Shown: positions 56,510-64,000 of the stretch, piece by piece
Layout: every line of letters begins with the position of its first letter
Position numbering within the stretch: the stretch's first letter is position 1
NCBI GenBank assembly: GCA_963713285.1
Contig: CAVQLA010000009.1
Coordinates: forward strand, 1,652-65,651
Reading direction: 5' to 3'
DNA from: an uncultured Chloroflexia bacterium
Lineage (GTDB): Bacteria; Chloroflexota; Limnocylindria; Limnocylindrales; CSP1-4
Length of the DNA: 64,000 nt
Notes under the pieces: generated by a model
Seen by the model: only the letters and a program-made list of their open reading frames with translations
Told to the model about the DNA's origin: nothing
The model's database searches: none
Translations under genes and position numbers: made by a program

Positions 56510-57554
56510 GCCGCGCGGCGCCCCCATCACCTGCGCCCCGTTCGCGCCGGCGGACATCCCCGCCGCTGCGGTCGCGGCGGCCGCGGCAGCGGCGCGCCTG
56601 CGGGCCCGCGCGCCCGCGCTCCCCGGGCGCTGGAGCGAACCGGCCGCGCACGTGCCCGTGCTCGACGACCTGGCGGCGGCCGGCACCGGGTGGGTTGCCC
56701 GGCGGGACGGCGCCTCCCTCGGGCATCACGTCGCCTGGAGCGTCGGCACCGGTCGCGACGCCCGGACGTTCGCCCCCGAGCCGGGGCTCGCCGTGGCGCC
56801 GGGCCTCGCGCCCCGGGTCGCGCGCCGCGTCGTGGAGGAGCTCGTCACGGCGGCGGGCCGCGACTGGGTGGAGCGCGGCTTCCGGACCCACATCGCCGCG
56901 ATCCCGTTCGGCGACGCGGCGCTCCGCGACGCGCTCACCTGGCTCGGGTACGGGATCCTCGTGGTCGATGCGGTCCGCGGCCTCGATGATCCCCTCCTCC
57001 CGGCGCTTCCCGCGGCGCCTCCTCCCGGCGTGCGGGTCCGGCGGGCCGGCCCGGACGACCTGCCCGCCGTGCTCGACCTGGACCGCGGCCTGCGGCGCCA
57101 CCTCGTGGATGCCCCCACCTTCCTGGTCCTGCCCCGCCCGCAGGACCCCGACGCCATCGCGGCCGCCCTGGCCGGCCCCGGGATCGCCACGCTCCTGGGC
57201 GAGGTCGACGGCGCGCCGGTCGCCCTCCTGCGGGTCGGGCCTTCGGCCGACGATGTCGCGATGCTGGTCCGTGATCCCGCCACCGCCAGCGTCAACGCGG
57301 CGTTCACGCGTCGCGAGCACCGTGGGACGGGCGTCGCCGCCGCCCTGCTGGCCGCGGCCGAGGAGTGGGCCCGCGAGCGCGGCCATGCCCGCCTGGCGGT
57401 GGACTTCGAGTCCGCGAACGTCCTCGCGGCGCGGTTCTGGACCCACTGGTTCACGCCAGTGGTCGCGTCGTACGGGCGCCGCCTCCACCCGGCCGCCGGC
57501 TCGCGCGAGGCGTCGGTCGATCCCGAGGATCTCCCGGGAACCGTCACTCCCTGA
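56502..57554 (+). CDS. GNAT-family N-acetyltransferase with two GNAT-like halves
   Basis: C-terminal half has the motif A region REHRGTGVAAALLAAAEEWARERG. Start (TTG) overlaps the panC stop. Start uncertain. Confidence 0.55.
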   Translation: MAEPRGAPITCAPFAPADIPAAAVAAAAAAARLRARAPALPGRWSEPAAHVPVLDDLAAAGTGWVARRDGASLGHHVAWSVGTGRDARTFAPEPGLAVAPGLAPRVARRVVEELVTAAGRDWVERGFRTHIAAIPFGDAALRDALTWLGYGILVVDAVRGLDDPLLPALPAAPPPGVRVRRAGPDDLPAVLDLDRGLRRHLVDAPTFLVLPRPQDPDAIAAALAGPGIATLLGEVDGAPVALLRVGPSADDVAMLVRDPATASVNAAFTRREHRGTGVAAALLAAAEEWARERGHARLAVDFESANVLAARFWTHWFTPVVASYGRRLHPAAGSREASVDPEDLPGTVTP

Positions 57555-57616
57555 GGGCCGTCTGGGGGCCGTGACGCGGGCCGAGCCCGCACCGCGTCCG
57601 CCACAGGGGTCGACCG

Positions 57617-58598
57617 ATGACTCGTCGCCTCTCGTCCGCCGCCACGATGCCGCGGACCATCCGTTCCTCGTTTGCCCTCCTCGCCGCCCTCGCCACCGTT
57701 GCCGTGGTCGTCGCGGCGTGCGGCGGCGCCGCCGTGCTCTCCAGCGTCGGGGCGCCCGTGGAGAACGGCGCCGGTGCGCTGCCCCTTCCGGCCGCCACGG
57801 CCGGGCCAGCCGAGGTCGACGGCCAGGCTGCCGAGGACGCCAGTCGCAGCGCCTCGGCGCTCGCCGGCGTCGACGGCCCGCTCATCGTCCGCACGGGCCA
57901 GCTCACCCTGGAGGTCGCCGTCCTCGACGACGCCGTCGCCGCCGCCGAGAAGGCGGTCGTGGCGGCCGGCGGGTACGTCGCCGCCTCGCAGCGCCAGGGC
58001 GACGGCGAGTCCGCCAGCGCGACGGTCACCTTCCGGGTCCCGGCGGACCGCTGGGAGGCGACCCTCGCGGCACTCCGCGCCGTCGGCACGAAGGTGCTCG
58101 CGGAGCAGACCGCCAGCGAGGAGGTCACGAGCCAGGTCGTGGACCTCGGCGCGCGCCTCGTCAACCTGCGGGCCACCGAGACGGCCCTCCAGGCGATCAT
58201 GGCCAAGGCCACGAAGATCCCCGACATCCTCGAGGTGCAGGCGCAGCTCACGACCGTCCGCCAGGAGATCGAGCAGCTGACCGCCCAGAAGCTGTCGCTC
58301 GAGAAGCAGGCGGCGCTCGCCACGCTCACGGTGGGGTTCTCCCTGCCGCCCGTCGTCGCCGTCACGCAGGTCCAGCGAGGGCTGGGACCCGGCCGGCGAG
58401 GTCGACCGCGCCGCCGCGACCCTCGTCGGCCTCGCCCAGGGGGTCGCCAGCGCCGTCATCTGGGCCATGATCGTCCTTCTGCCACTGGCTCTCGTCCTCG
58501 GCGTCGCGATCGGGATCGCCTGGCTCGTGGCTCGGCGGCTCCGCCCGCGCCGGGTGCCGCCCACGCCGCCGGCCGCGCTCGACGCGCCGGCCGCCTGA
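57617..58598 (+). CDS. DUF4349-like lipoprotein (signal peptide, coiled-coil, C-terminal TM); apparent frameshift at ~58385
   Basis: Lipobox-like N-terminus LLAALATVAVVVAACGG. LIVRTGQLTLEV...coiled coil...LTVGFSLPPVVAVTQVQR, then the +2 frame gives the expected C-terminal TM (GWDPAGEVDRAAATLVGLAQGVASAVIWAMIVLLPLALVLGVAIGIAWLV). The frames join if one g is removed from a ggg run. Confidence 0.55.
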
Positions 58599-58660
58599 AG
58601 GTCCTCGCGCCGGCGGGCGTGCGGCTCGCGACGCCCGGTGTCCGTGCGCCGCCCGGCGGC

Positions 58661-59422
58661 CTAGAGCTCCTGGCGGCGGAAGCTCCACAGGGCCAGGCCG
58701 AGCGCGGCGGCCGCGAGCGCGACGTTGGCCAGCACCGGCCCGACCAGCGGCTCCGGGATCGTGCCGAGCGCCAGCACGTCGGCGGCGCCCCACAGGCTCG
58801 TCGGCAGGTACGGCCCGATCCCCGGCAGCGCGGAGAGGATCCCCGCGACCAGGAGCAGGCCGAAGCCGACGCCCCCCGCGACGAGCGCCGACCGCGTCGT
58901 CACCGACGCGAGGAACGTCAACGCGGCGAAGACCGCCAGCGAGAGCCAGACAAGCGCCACCGCCGCCGCGAAGCCGGCGACGGGCAGTGGCTCGAAGAGG
59001 ATCGTCGTGTAGATCCAGCACAGGGTGCCGGCGACGGCAAGCGCCAGGGCGAGAAGACCCCCGATCGCGACGACCTTGGCGGTGACGAACGCGCTGCGGG
59101 TGATCGGCTTCGTCAGCAGGAAGGCCGCCGTGCCGCGCTCCTTCTCGGTGGCCACGGAGCCCATCGTCACCAGGATCGCGATCAGCGCGCCGAACTGGCC
59201 CATGTTCTTGGTGAACTGGACGACCGCGTCGCCGACGACGGGCTCCGGGATCATGCCCTCGAACTGGCCGCCGCCGATCGCCTCGACGATCTCGCGGACG
59301 TAGCGGGCGAAGACCGGCGACAGGATCCCGAAGATCGCGAAGACGGCCACGACCGCCGGCAGGCGCATCGTTCGGGCCTGCTCCCGGAGCTCCTTGCGCA
59401 GGAGCAGCCCGAAGCCGCTCAT
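58661..59422 (-). CDS. ABC-2 family transporter permease
   Basis: 6 TM, ABC-2-type (ATEKERGTAAFLLTKPITR). Confidence 0.8.
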   Translation of the reverse strand: MSGFGLLLRKELREQARTMRLPAVVAVFAIFGILSPVFARYVREIVEAIGGGQFEGMIPEPVVGDAVVQFTKNMGQFGALIAILVTMGSVATEKERGTAAFLLTKPITRSAFVTAKVVAIGGLLALALAVAGTLCWIYTTILFEPLPVAGFAAAVALVWLSLAVFAALTFLASVTTRSALVAGGVGFGLLLVAGILSALPGIGPYLPTSLWGAADVLALGTIPEPLVGPVLANVALAAAALGLALWSFRRQEL

Positions 59423-60456
59423 GCCGGGACTCCCGGGGTCGGCCCGGGCTCCGGCGTCGTCTCGCCGGCGGCCCCGTCGTCCGCTGCCGGGCCGTTGCCC
59501 ACCAGCTGCAGGAAGACGTCCTCGAGCGTCGGCCGGACCCGCTCGAAGCGGGCCAGACGAACGCCGGCCGCCACCACGAGCGGGAGCGCCTCGGCGGTCG
59601 CCCGCCCCGTGTCGGACACCACGACGCGCAGGATGCCGTGCTCGGCGCGGACGTCACGCGTCCACGCCGCGGCCCGGAGCGCCTCGGCGAGACCGGCCAC
59701 CGCCGCGTCCTGGCCGGGCTCGGGATCCAGCTCGAGAATCGGCCTGGTGTGGCGCGCGAGGAGCTCGTCGATCGGCGCCTCCGTCACCAGCCGTCCGTGG
59801 TCGAGGATCGCGACCCGGTCGCAGATCCGCTCCACGTCGGTCAGGATGTGGGTGCTCATGAAGACGGTCGCGGTGCCGCGCAGCCGGCCGATGAGCTCGA
59901 GGACGTCGCGCCGGCCCTCGGGATCGAGGGCGCTCACGGGCTCGTCGAGGAAGAGCACCGCCGGTCGCGGGAGCAGCGCCTGGCCCACGCCCAGGCGCTG
60001 GCGCATGCCCCCCGAGTACCCGCCGATGCGGCGCCGCGCCGCCTCGGTCAGGCCGACGATCTCGAGAACCTCGTCGACTCGCGAGCGGAGGGCCGCTCCC
60101 GTCATCCCGTAGGCCCGCCCGACGAAGGTCAGCAGCTCCCGACCGCTCATCCAGCCGTAGAAGCGCGGGTCCTGGTCGAGATAGCCGGTTCGCGCCGCGA
60201 GGTCCAGGCCGCCCCGGCCCACCGGGACCCCGGCCACCGTGGCACTGCCGGCCGTCGGATGGCCGAGGCCGGTCAGGAGGCGGAGGGTCGTCGTCTTCCC
60301 GGCGCCGTTGGGCCCGAGGAACCCGAACACGGCACCGCTGGGGACGACCAGGTCGAGGGCGTCGAGGGCGAGGACGTCCCCGTAGCGCTTCGTCAGGCCG
60401 TGGGCCTCGACGGCCGGCGGGACACCGGCGGCGGGCGGCCCGGGGAGGGCGGTCAC
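59419..60456 (-). CDS. ABC transporter ATP-binding protein
   Basis: GPNGAGKTT, YSGGMRQRLGVGQAL, VLFLDEPVSALD. 4-nt overlap with the permease. Confidence 0.9.
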   Translation of the reverse strand: MTALPGPPAAGVPPAVEAHGLTKRYGDVLALDALDLVVPSGAVFGFLGPNGAGKTTTLRLLTGLGHPTAGSATVAGVPVGRGGLDLAARTGYLDQDPRFYGWMSGRELLTFVGRAYGMTGAALRSRVDEVLEIVGLTEAARRRIGGYSGGMRQRLGVGQALLPRPAVLFLDEPVSALDPEGRRDVLELIGRLRGTATVFMSTHILTDVERICDRVAILDHGRLVTEAPIDELLARHTRPILELDPEPGQDAAVAGLAEALRAAAWTRDVRAEHGILRVVVSDTGRATAEALPLVVAAGVRLARFERVRPTLEDVFLQLVGNGPAADDGAAGETTPEPGPTPGVPA

Positions 60457-60466
60457 GACCGAGCCC

Positions 60467-60673
60467 TCACGTGTCCTCGCGGCCGACGAGGAAGTAGAGG
60501 ATCGGGCCGATGACGTTCACGAAGATGATGATCAGCGCCCAGACGACCTTGCTGTCGCCTTTGACCCGGCGGTCCGGGCGCGTGAGGTCGTAGAGGCCCC
60601 AGGCCAGCAGGCCCAGCTGGATCGCCAGGATCGGGATCGCAATCGCGAGGAACAAGCCCAGGTCGTTTGGCAC
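60467..60673 (-). CDS. PLD-nuclease N-terminal (PLDc_N) small membrane protein (YxlE-like), 68 aa
   Basis: MPNDLGLFLAIAIPILAIQLGLLAWGLYDLTRPDRRVKGDSKVVWALIIIFVNVIGPILYFLVGR matches the conserved PLDc_N mini-protein fold found upstream of ABC-2 exporters. Confidence 0.75.
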   Translation of the reverse strand: MPNDLGLFLAIAIPILAIQLGLLAWGLYDLTRPDRRVKGDSKVVWALIIIFVNVIGPILYFLVGREDT

Positions 60674-60688
60674 GGGTGTCTCCGTCTC

Positions 60689-61810
60689 TCAGGCGGCCTC
60701 CGCGGCCGCTGCGAGCATGCGGTCGGCGTCGAGCGACGCCGCAACGATTGCCTTGATCATCTCGATCTTGCCGCGATCGGACGCGTGCGTCTTGACCAGG
60801 AGGTCATGAACATCGGAGGCCACCATGTACGTGTCCTCGTCGAGGAAACAGGCGAACAGGTCCGCGCGCCGGATCTCCTCGACGACCGCCTGGCGCGGCC
60901 GGTAGCCGGACAGCACGAACCCGACCGTCGCCGGCTCGGCCTCGCCGCGCTGCACGGCGGGGCGGCGCATCTCGGCTCGATGGGCCCGCGAGAGGGCGAC
61001 GATGACGTCCTCGCGGTCGCCGGCGACGATGACGATCCGGCGCCCGGTCACGTGCTGCAGCACGTGGTGCGGCTCCATCGCCGCGACGCTGATGCCGCCG
61101 ATGACGAGGTCGAGGTCCGGGCCCGCGTTGAGCAGGTCGGCGCGCGTCCCCTCCAGGATCATCGCCAGCGACGGGTTCGACAGGATGGGCCGGTACGGGA
61201 TCAGGCCGAGCAGCGGGATGCCGTGCTTCGCGAGGCCGCGCTCCAGGATCGAGCCGATCCCCGGCTGGGCGTCGACGTTCACCTTGTTGACGATGGCCCC
61301 CGCGACCGCGACCCCGTGAGCCGCGAAGTGGCTGGCATTGAGGACGATCTCGTCGATCGGCCGGCCCACGCCGCCCTCGCTCACGATGACCGCGGGCGCG
61401 CCCAGCATGCGGGCGACCACGGCGTTCGAGAGCCCGATCACGGCGCCGACGCCGGCATGGCCGGTCCCTTCGATGAGGAGGAGGTCCCGGTCGGCGAACG
61501 TCGCGTGGGCGTCGACGATGCGGGCGCCGAGATCCTCGACCACCTCGCCCGCGATGTAGGCCTTCGTGAAGCCGCGCGGGATGTGAACCGGGCTCATCGC
61601 GGCCATCGGCTCGCGGAGATCGTAGACGGCCTTCATCAGGACGGCGTCCTCGTCGGCCGGGACGCCGTCCGGGTCGACGATCGTGCGCTGCCCGACGGGC
61701 TTCATGAACCCGGTCCGCAGGCCCTCGCCCAGGAAGAGATCCATGAGGCCGAGCGACGTGGTCGTCTTGCCCCGGTTCTGGCCGGTGGCGGCGAGGTAGA
61801 GGTGGCGCAT
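60689..61810 (-). CDS. P-loop (BioD/CobQ-like AAA_26) + DRTGG domain protein (phosphotransacetylase N-terminal-domain-like)
   Basis: MRHLYLAATGQNRGKTTTSLGL P-loop N-terminus. IVIVAGDREDVIVA DRTGG-type motif. 373 aa. Confidence 0.65.
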   Translation of the reverse strand: MRHLYLAATGQNRGKTTTSLGLMDLFLGEGLRTGFMKPVGQRTIVDPDGVPADEDAVLMKAVYDLREPMAAMSPVHIPRGFTKAYIAGEVVEDLGARIVDAHATFADRDLLLIEGTGHAGVGAVIGLSNAVVARMLGAPAVIVSEGGVGRPIDEIVLNASHFAAHGVAVAGAIVNKVNVDAQPGIGSILERGLAKHGIPLLGLIPYRPILSNPSLAMILEGTRADLLNAGPDLDLVIGGISVAAMEPHHVLQHVTGRRIVIVAGDREDVIVALSRAHRAEMRRPAVQRGEAEPATVGFVLSGYRPRQAVVEEIRRADLFACFLDEDTYMVASDVHDLLVKTHASDRGKIEMIKAIVAASLDADRMLAAAAEAA

Positions 61811-61863
61811 CGGTGGGCTCGCGGGCGCGGCGGGCGGTCGGCGCGGGCGGTCGGCGCGGGCGC

Positions 61864-62481
61864 CTAGCGCGGCGTCGTCTTGCGCTCGACGAGGGCGAGC
61901 GCCTCGCGAAGGCGGCCGATGATCTCCGGATCGACGCTGTCGGGCTCGAGGTACGGCCCGAGCCGCTCCAGCACGTCGCCGACCAGGCCCAGGTAGACCC
62001 CGGCGTCGGCCACGAAGAACTGGGGCTCGTTGTTGTAGCGGACCAGCGTGAGCCGCCCCTGCAGGACCCGGCGGTCGTCCATGTGCGCGATCTGCGTGGC
62101 GAAGCTGTGCCCCTGGATCCCGTCCGGGTTGTTCAGGAAGTTGAGGGCGTTGTCGATCGCGAGGCCGAAGCGGGCGCGCCAGGCCGTCAGGCGCTCGTGA
62201 ACCTCCGGGGTGATCCGGACCTCGCCCACCTCCTCGAAGACCTCGGGCGCCACCGTCAGCAACCCGACCAGCGTGGAGCCGGCGCGCGCCCCGAGCATCA
62301 CCTGGAGCGAGCGCTCCAGCGTGAAGACCTCGGAGTCGAAGCGCGGGCTCGTGATGACGTCGGTGAGGAGGTCCTCGACGTTGTCGAGGACGGCCGAGTC
62401 GGACATCGCCCCGCCGAGGTGGAGGATCTCCTCCTTGAACAGGAACTTCTCTTCGTGGTCGAGCATGGGGCGATGGTACAC
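61864..62481 (-). CDS. hypothetical protein, 205 aa
   Basis: Coding-like composition (MYHRPMLDHEEKFLFKEEILHLGG...). No family recognised. Confidence 0.45.
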   Translation of the reverse strand: MYHRPMLDHEEKFLFKEEILHLGGAMSDSAVLDNVEDLLTDVITSPRFDSEVFTLERSLQVMLGARAGSTLVGLLTVAPEVFEEVGEVRITPEVHERLTAWRARFGLAIDNALNFLNNPDGIQGHSFATQIAHMDDRRVLQGRLTLVRYNNEPQFFVADAGVYLGLVGDVLERLGPYLEPDSVDPEIIGRLREALALVERKTTPR

Positions 62482-62557
62482 CGCGGGAATCCCCGGGCCC
62501 CGGCCGGTCGGCCGGGGCCCGGGGACGGTGCAGCCGACGGCGGTGAGCCGCGTCGGG

Positions 62558-63823
62558 TTACGGGTAGAGGCCGCGGAGGGCGGTTGCGTCGGCCACGCGC
62601 TGGACGGCGAGCAGGTAGGCGGCGGTCCGCATGTTGACCTTCTCGCGCTGCTGCATCGCGAGGACCTCGGCGAAGGACCGATCCATGATCTCCTTGAGCT
62701 TGGCGTTGACGACGGCCTCGCTCCAGTGATCGCGGTTGAGGTCCTGGACCCACTCGAAGTAGCTGACGGTCACGCCGCCGGCGTTGGCGAGGATGTCCGG
62801 GATCAGGAAGATGCCCTTCTGGTAGAGGACCTCGTCCGCCTCGGGCGTCGTCGGGCCGTTGGCGGCCTCGGCGACGATCTTCGCCCTGATGTTCGCGGCG
62901 TTGGCGGCCGTGATCTGGTTCTCGAGGGCAGCCGGGATCAGGATGTCGCACTCGAGCTCGAGGAGCTCGGCGTTGGTGATCGTGGTCGAGCCGGGGAAGC
63001 CGACGACGGTCGCGTGCTCCTTCTTCCAGGCGAGGACGCGGTCGACGTCAAGGCCGTCGTGCTTCACGATCGCGCCGCCGGTGTCGGAGACGGCGATGAC
63101 GGTGGAGCCCTCGTCCGCCATCAGGCGGGCGGCGATGTTGCCGGCGTTGCCGAAGCCCTGGACGACGGTGGTGGTCTTCGCGAGGTCCATGCCGAGGTGC
63201 TTCGCGGCGTCGACCACGGTGAAGACGCAGCCGCGGGCGGTCGCCTCGTTGCGCCCTTCCGACCCGCCGATGCTGATCGGCTTGCCGGTCACGACGCCCG
63301 GGACCGTGTAGCCCTGGTGCATGGAGTAGGTGTCCATGAACCAGGCCATGATCTGGGGCGTCGTGTTGACGTCGGGCGCCGGGATGTCGCGCTCGGGGCC
63401 GATGAGGACCGAGATCTCGGTGAAGAAGCGGCGGCTGAGACCCTCGAGCTCCTTCTTGGAGAGCTTCTTGGGGTCGACGATGACGCCGCCCTTGCCGCCA
63501 CCGTACGGGATGCCGACGACCGCGCACTTCCAGGTCATCCACATCGCGAGGGCCTTGACCTCGTCGAGGCCGACGTCCTGGTGATACCTGATGCCGCCCT
63601 TGGCGGGGCCGCGACCGAGGTTGTGCTGCACGCGGTAGCCGGTGAACACCTTGACGGTCCCGTCGTCCATGTGGACCGGGAAGTGGACGGTCAGCTCGCG
63701 TCGCGGCTCGCGGAGCACCGCACGGAGCCCCGGATCCAGGTTGAGACGCTCTGCAGCGAGGTCGAACTGGCGCTGGGCGACCTCCCACGCGTTGATGGCG
63801 GGCGCCGCCTGCTCGGTGGTCAT
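62558..63823 (-). CDS. gdhA: glutamate dehydrogenase (NAD(P)+)
   Basis: GGIRYHQDV...GGGKGG...QGFGNAGNIAA hallmark blocks, 421 aa. Confidence 0.93.
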   Translation of the reverse strand: MTTEQAAPAINAWEVAQRQFDLAAERLNLDPGLRAVLREPRRELTVHFPVHMDDGTVKVFTGYRVQHNLGRGPAKGGIRYHQDVGLDEVKALAMWMTWKCAVVGIPYGGGKGGVIVDPKKLSKKELEGLSRRFFTEISVLIGPERDIPAPDVNTTPQIMAWFMDTYSMHQGYTVPGVVTGKPISIGGSEGRNEATARGCVFTVVDAAKHLGMDLAKTTTVVQGFGNAGNIAARLMADEGSTVIAVSDTGGAIVKHDGLDVDRVLAWKKEHATVVGFPGSTTITNAELLELECDILIPAALENQITAANAANIRAKIVAEAANGPTTPEADEVLYQKGIFLIPDILANAGGVTVSYFEWVQDLNRDHWSEAVVNAKLKEIMDRSFAEVLAMQQREKVNMRTAAYLLAVQRVADATALRGLYP

Positions 63824-64000
63824 GGAGTGGGGTTCCTCCTGCCCGGGGCCCCCATCCGGGGTGCCGCCGACTTCGTCCGCCCCCGCGGGGCGGCCATGCT
63901 GCCGCCTTCGGGACGGCTGCCGGCCGCGGCGCGCGACCTGCGGAGGGCAGGCCGTCGCGGCGCGACGGAGTTCACACCGGGCCGATCATCCGGCCGGCCC

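Overview
High-GC (~70%) bacterial chromosome segment, Actinomycetota-like in codon usage and gene content. It splits into two parts at a tRNA-Ser(UGA) gene (12195-12282, minus strand). Left of the tRNA (1-12.2 kb) is an accessory-looking stretch: a 5'-truncated MFS transporter, an IS5-family transposase N-terminal fragment, a ~150-bp dispersed repeat (two copies), a 51-bp tandem repeat, and a ~3.8-kb tandem duplication. The duplication carries two near-identical ~1100-1190-aa P-loop NTPase (AAA_16/STAND-like) plus TPR-like proteins with different C-terminal tails. It also carries a duplicated upstream module with 60-bp tandem repeats and a small divergent membrane/repeat ORF. Right of the tRNA is ordinary core genome: a MacAB-like tripartite ABC exporter, tandem RDD proteins, serS-lysK(class I LysRS)-greA, a DeoR-regulated tagatose/amino-sugar-type catabolic cluster (SIS, GH4, LacD-like aldolase, two PfkB kinases, sugar ABC importer), argR, uppP, H+-pyrophosphatase, lepB, ndk, M16 peptidase, a BMP-family ABC importer, coaX-coaBC-panB-panC, an ABC-2 exporter with a PLDc_N mini-protein, and glutamate dehydrogenase. 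Five apparent frameshifts all sit in G/C homopolymer runs, so consensus indel errors are suspected rather than pseudogenes. In this GC range most of the listed six-frame ORFs are spurious; calls rest on recognisable family motifs, start/RBS context and gene overlap patterns.
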